Part shown: piece after piece, positions 60,400-64,000 of the stretch
Layout of the letters: each line of letters begins with the position of its first letter
Position numbering within the stretch: the stretch's first letter is position 1
Source of the DNA: Octopus vulgaris
Lineage: Eukaryota
Direction: 5' to 3'
DNA: 64,000 nucleotides
NCBI GenBank assembly: GCA_951406725.2
Contig: OX597815.1
Location: forward strand, 70,556,001 to 70,620,000
Notes under the pieces: model-generated
The model's database searches: none
Seen by the model: only the letters and a program-made list of their open reading frames with translations
Told to the model about the DNA's origin: nothing
Program-made: the position numbers and the translations under genes

Positions 60400-60935
60400 A
60401 CGGGTGTTATCCTGCAGTTTTCCCTCAAATTTCAAGAATCTTGGGATTTTTGGCAGAAAACAGGATGGCAATTTTGGCACATATCAATAATATGTATCTC
60501 AACTTCCAATATCTTTCAGCTTCTTAGGTAGCAGTTAGCGTCTTGTACCAAATCCACCAATTACTACAGTAACAATTTTCATGTTCCATCTCTTAATTCC
60601 TCTGGCACATGTTCATATACCTTTTCCTTCATTTCAAATCCACAAACTTCGTTAACATTCCAGTGCACTCTTTTACCAACAGTTAAGTCTTAATGCATAT
60701 ATTCGTTTTTGTGCTAGCTTACTATATTCACTAAAGAGGTGGTTAATATTTGCATCCCGTTTTCATACATTCAGCATTTGCCCTATGATTGGGAGTTACC
60801 AGTCGGTTATCAATGTTCCTGAGCTGCTATAATCAGCAATTCAGTTTTTCATTTTAGGTTTCCATAACCATTCAGTATCCTCAGTTTGAATTAGCCACCA
60901 CATAATTCCTCTTTCCAGCTATTTTCATTGTCTAG
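60400..60935 (-). mobile_element. Old R4/Dong LINE fragment
   Basis: Minus-strand EWL..NLK.KTELLIIAAQEH resembles QWL..GLKAEPEGFLIAAQNQ of the 33-kb copy. Confidence 0.6.
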
Positions 60936-61341
60936 AGGAGCAGGTCACTTGACACCAGCTTCAATAAATTACATATATAGGTGCAGACGTGGCTGTGTGG
61001 CACCTTGAGCAAGTGTCTTCTATAGCCACGGGCTGACCAAAACGTTATGAATGGATCTGGTAGACTGAAACTGAAAGAAGCCCCGTTGCATATATGTGTG
61101 TGCTTTTGTGTTTGGCAACCGGTGGTGTTGGAGTGTTTGCGCCCCCGTAACGTTTGACAAAAGGTGACCGTCTTATAAAGAACATTACTTGGGTCCATTC
61201 ATCTGACAAAATTTCTCACATGGCCAGTCAAATGACAAACATAAAAGATGTCTGTGCATCTATCTGTCTACCTATATCTATGTATGTATGTATATAACCA
61301 TATACATCTATCATATATATATATATCTTTTATCATATAGA

Positions 61342-61504
61342 GGCGCAGGAGTGGTTGTATGGTAAGTGGTTTGCTTACCAACCACATGGTTCTGGGTTCA
61401 GTCGCCCTGCGTGGTACCTTGGGCAAGTGTCTTCTACTATAGCCTCAAGCCGACTAAAGCCTTGTGAGTGGGTTTGGTTGACGGAAACTGAAAGAAGCCC
61501 GTCG

Positions 61505-61537
<33 letters not shown>

Positions 61538-61712
61538 TTGTCCCCCCAACATCGCTTGACAACCGATGCTGGTGTGTTTACGTGCTCGTAACATAGTGGT
61601 TCGGCAAAAGAGACCGATAGACTTACAAGGAATAAGTCCTGGGGTCGATTTGCTTGACTAAAGGCGGTGCTCCAGAATCGCCGCATCCATACGACTGAAA
61701 CAAATAAAAGAA
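61342..61712 (+). mobile_element. Full-length CORE-like tRNA SINE
   Basis: Colinear with 22706-23150. Further decayed copies at ~60980-61250, 62020-62370, 63905-64000, 46600-46770, 47240-47580 and 9105-9260. Confidence 0.9.
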
Positions 61713-62907
61713 ATATACTCACGCACAAAGAAAGAAAGTAGGATACAAAATTTCACAGCAATGCATTTTCAAAGGTATAAATGATGATCCTGTTGATAAA
61801 AGTTTTTTTAAGTTATTTTATTTTTTCACTGAAAAACAAAAAAAAATTCATAACCTAGAACATTCAATAATTCGTTTGTGACTATATATATGAAAAGAAA
61901 ATATTGTTCATAATCAATATAAATTTGGAAGGCATCATAAAATAAGATACCAGAGTAAGAAATCGAAAATGTTCCGTAATTTGTTAATTTGGATTTGTTT
62001 ATTGGGGCTTCCGATACTCAAGTTTCAAGTTCAATCCACTGCACAGCACCTTGGGTAAGCATCTACTATAGCCCAAGGCTGACCAAGAGCTGATATGGTT
62101 AACAAAAAATGTAAACAATCTCGTTGTATATGTGTGTGCATGCGCGCGCGCGTGTCCTTGTCCTGACATCGTGATAGTTGTAAATGAATGCCTCTGTCAT
62201 ACAAGCAGTGACGTTCATTTCCAATATTCCCCTGGTTAAGGGGAAATATTACTTTGCTTAGAAACAGGTCAGGGTTGGCGATAGTAAGGGTATTCGGCCG
62301 TAGAAAATTTGCCTGAATAAACTCCGTCTGATTCATTTCATGCTAGCATGGAGAAATGGACGCTATAGTGATTATAGTAATGATGCAGTGTAATGATCAC
62401 AAACAAGTTATAGAATGGTTAAAATAGATGTGGACAGCGTTTCTCTGAGTAAAAATAATTATTATCACCTTCGGAATCGTATCGCTGTAAAATCTCATTA
62501 TTAAAGTGGTGAGCTGGTAGAATTGTTTGAGCTTCAGAGAGAATATCCTGTCTTGTAATATTTCTTCTTGTTCTTTACGTTCCAAGTTGAAATCTCACCT
62601 TTCCTTACTCCAGGATCAAATAAAGAACTCATCGAGTAATGAGATGGATGCAGTCGACTAAACACCACCGTTCAAAAATTTCTGGCCTTGTGCCTGAATC
62701 AGAAGCTGCTATTAATGTTATGAGGTAACAAAATCATAGTGTGGCACTAAACTGTAGTTATACTATCATTCGAAAAAAACCCCCAAAACTATGGAGTTAT
62801 ATAAAATGAATCGTTATATACTTCAAACACTTTGCTTTCGCAAAACTTTTTAGCAAATCTGTTATGAAGTGAAAAGAAAGTATTTTGATATTCAGTAGTG
62901 AAATAAA

Positions 62908-63600
62908 AATATCTTTTGAAACAATTTATTAAATAACTGAGAAAAATATTGACATATTTGACATAACTAGTAACGTCTGTCCTATGTTGTTAGCTGTGCA
63001 TATTCAAACAGCAGAAATATACAATAACTTTATTCAATCATTTACATAAGACATCGCATTATCAAAAATATAATTGTTTTATTATTTAAGGCCGAAAATG
63101 ATGTTTTAGCAAAATATTAAGACGATATTTTTATCGACTCAAAACTGTTACAAGAGAAAATGGCGGATCGGTACCTAAAAATTGTGTTTGTTGGGGCAAT
63201 CAGACCCCTCGTATCTGACTTGCATTGCCATCTAGAAGATTGAATTTACATAAAAATATACCAGATATTACTATTCTTTAAAATATTGACAGAAAAAATC
63301 GTGAATGGAGAAATGAAAGGCTTAAAATTTAGTGTTGATCATAGCCTACACTGATTGTTCGGAGTAGACAACACGACATTTCTATGGTAATATTATATGC
63401 TAGAAGTGTCTCTGAAACAGAATTTCTTTGGTAAAATGTAACCAAATGTCTTTTCTTGGGTTTTCAGAAAATTGGTTAGGTTTTGTTAAGAAACTCCAGC
63501 AATTTACACAAGAAACATATAGACAAATAACACAGTTGTTGTTTGGCTGCCATGCGTGTAGTTGGTCGCACTGTTGATTTGTTTTCTACTACGTCCGCGC
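62908..63600 (+). other. Paralogous copy of the H1 upstream region lacking TATA box and CDS
   Basis: Colinear with 56293-57026; homology stops at CTACTACGTCCGCGC. Confidence 0.93.
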
Positions 63601-64000
63601 CTAATGCATACCTAGCTGTTTATATCAGAAGTTGTCAAATTCGTCTACATCACCAGCTTTTAACTCGAATATTCTTATTTGTCCTTAGTAAAGAATCATT
63701 TTGATAGATATAAAAATATATGTATATCTAATTCTATCGTTTACTGTTTTGTTGTGTATACATTTTGATTTCTATTATTTTGTGAATTTTAGAAAAATAT
63801 CCTCATCAAAAGACGAAAGAAAATACTCTCATCCTAAAAATGGCACAATGTATCGAATTAATCGTATAAGTCCAAAGGATGTAGAAACAAGAGATGAATT
63901 GAAACTCTCCTAGTGGTTAAAACACTAGCTTCGCAACCGAGTGGTTTCTAGTCCGGTTCCACTGTACAGGATCTTGGGTACGTATCTTCTCGTATAGACC

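Overview
Repeat-dense, AT-rich animal genomic DNA. The SINE families, (TA)n/(TG)n/(TATG)n microsatellites and element repertoire suggest an octopus or related coleoid cephalopod (inference, no search run). The only intact host coding sequence I can support is an intronless linker histone H1 (57185-57760, +). It has no 3' stem-loop, has TG-box/H1-box/TATA promoter elements, and an orphan copy of its promoter lies about 6.6 kb downstream. The rest is mostly nested mobile DNA: (1) a decayed CsRN1-type Ty3/gypsy LTR retrotransposon carrying a younger non-coding LTR element in its gag; (2) Penelope-like elements (PLEs) with GIY-YIG endonuclease; (3) RTE, R4/Dong, Tx1 and Jockey/CR1-like LINE fragments; (4) mariner, Tc1-like and pogo-like fossils; (5) hAT-, piggyBac- and Helentron-type non-autonomous elements; (6) many tRNA-derived SINEs. 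The most striking pattern is a series of (TA)n-anchored fold-back modules. They include a 706-bp apparently perfect inverted repeat of a young PLE with a variant-core hammerhead ribozyme in each arm, several other hammerhead-like palindromes, and two independent cases of a ~130-bp inverted copy of neighbouring transposon DNA at such a site. A CpG-depleted domain (~39.5-48.3 kb) and candidate orphan exons hint at an unannotated transcription unit. All alignments were done by eye; boundaries of old elements are approximate.
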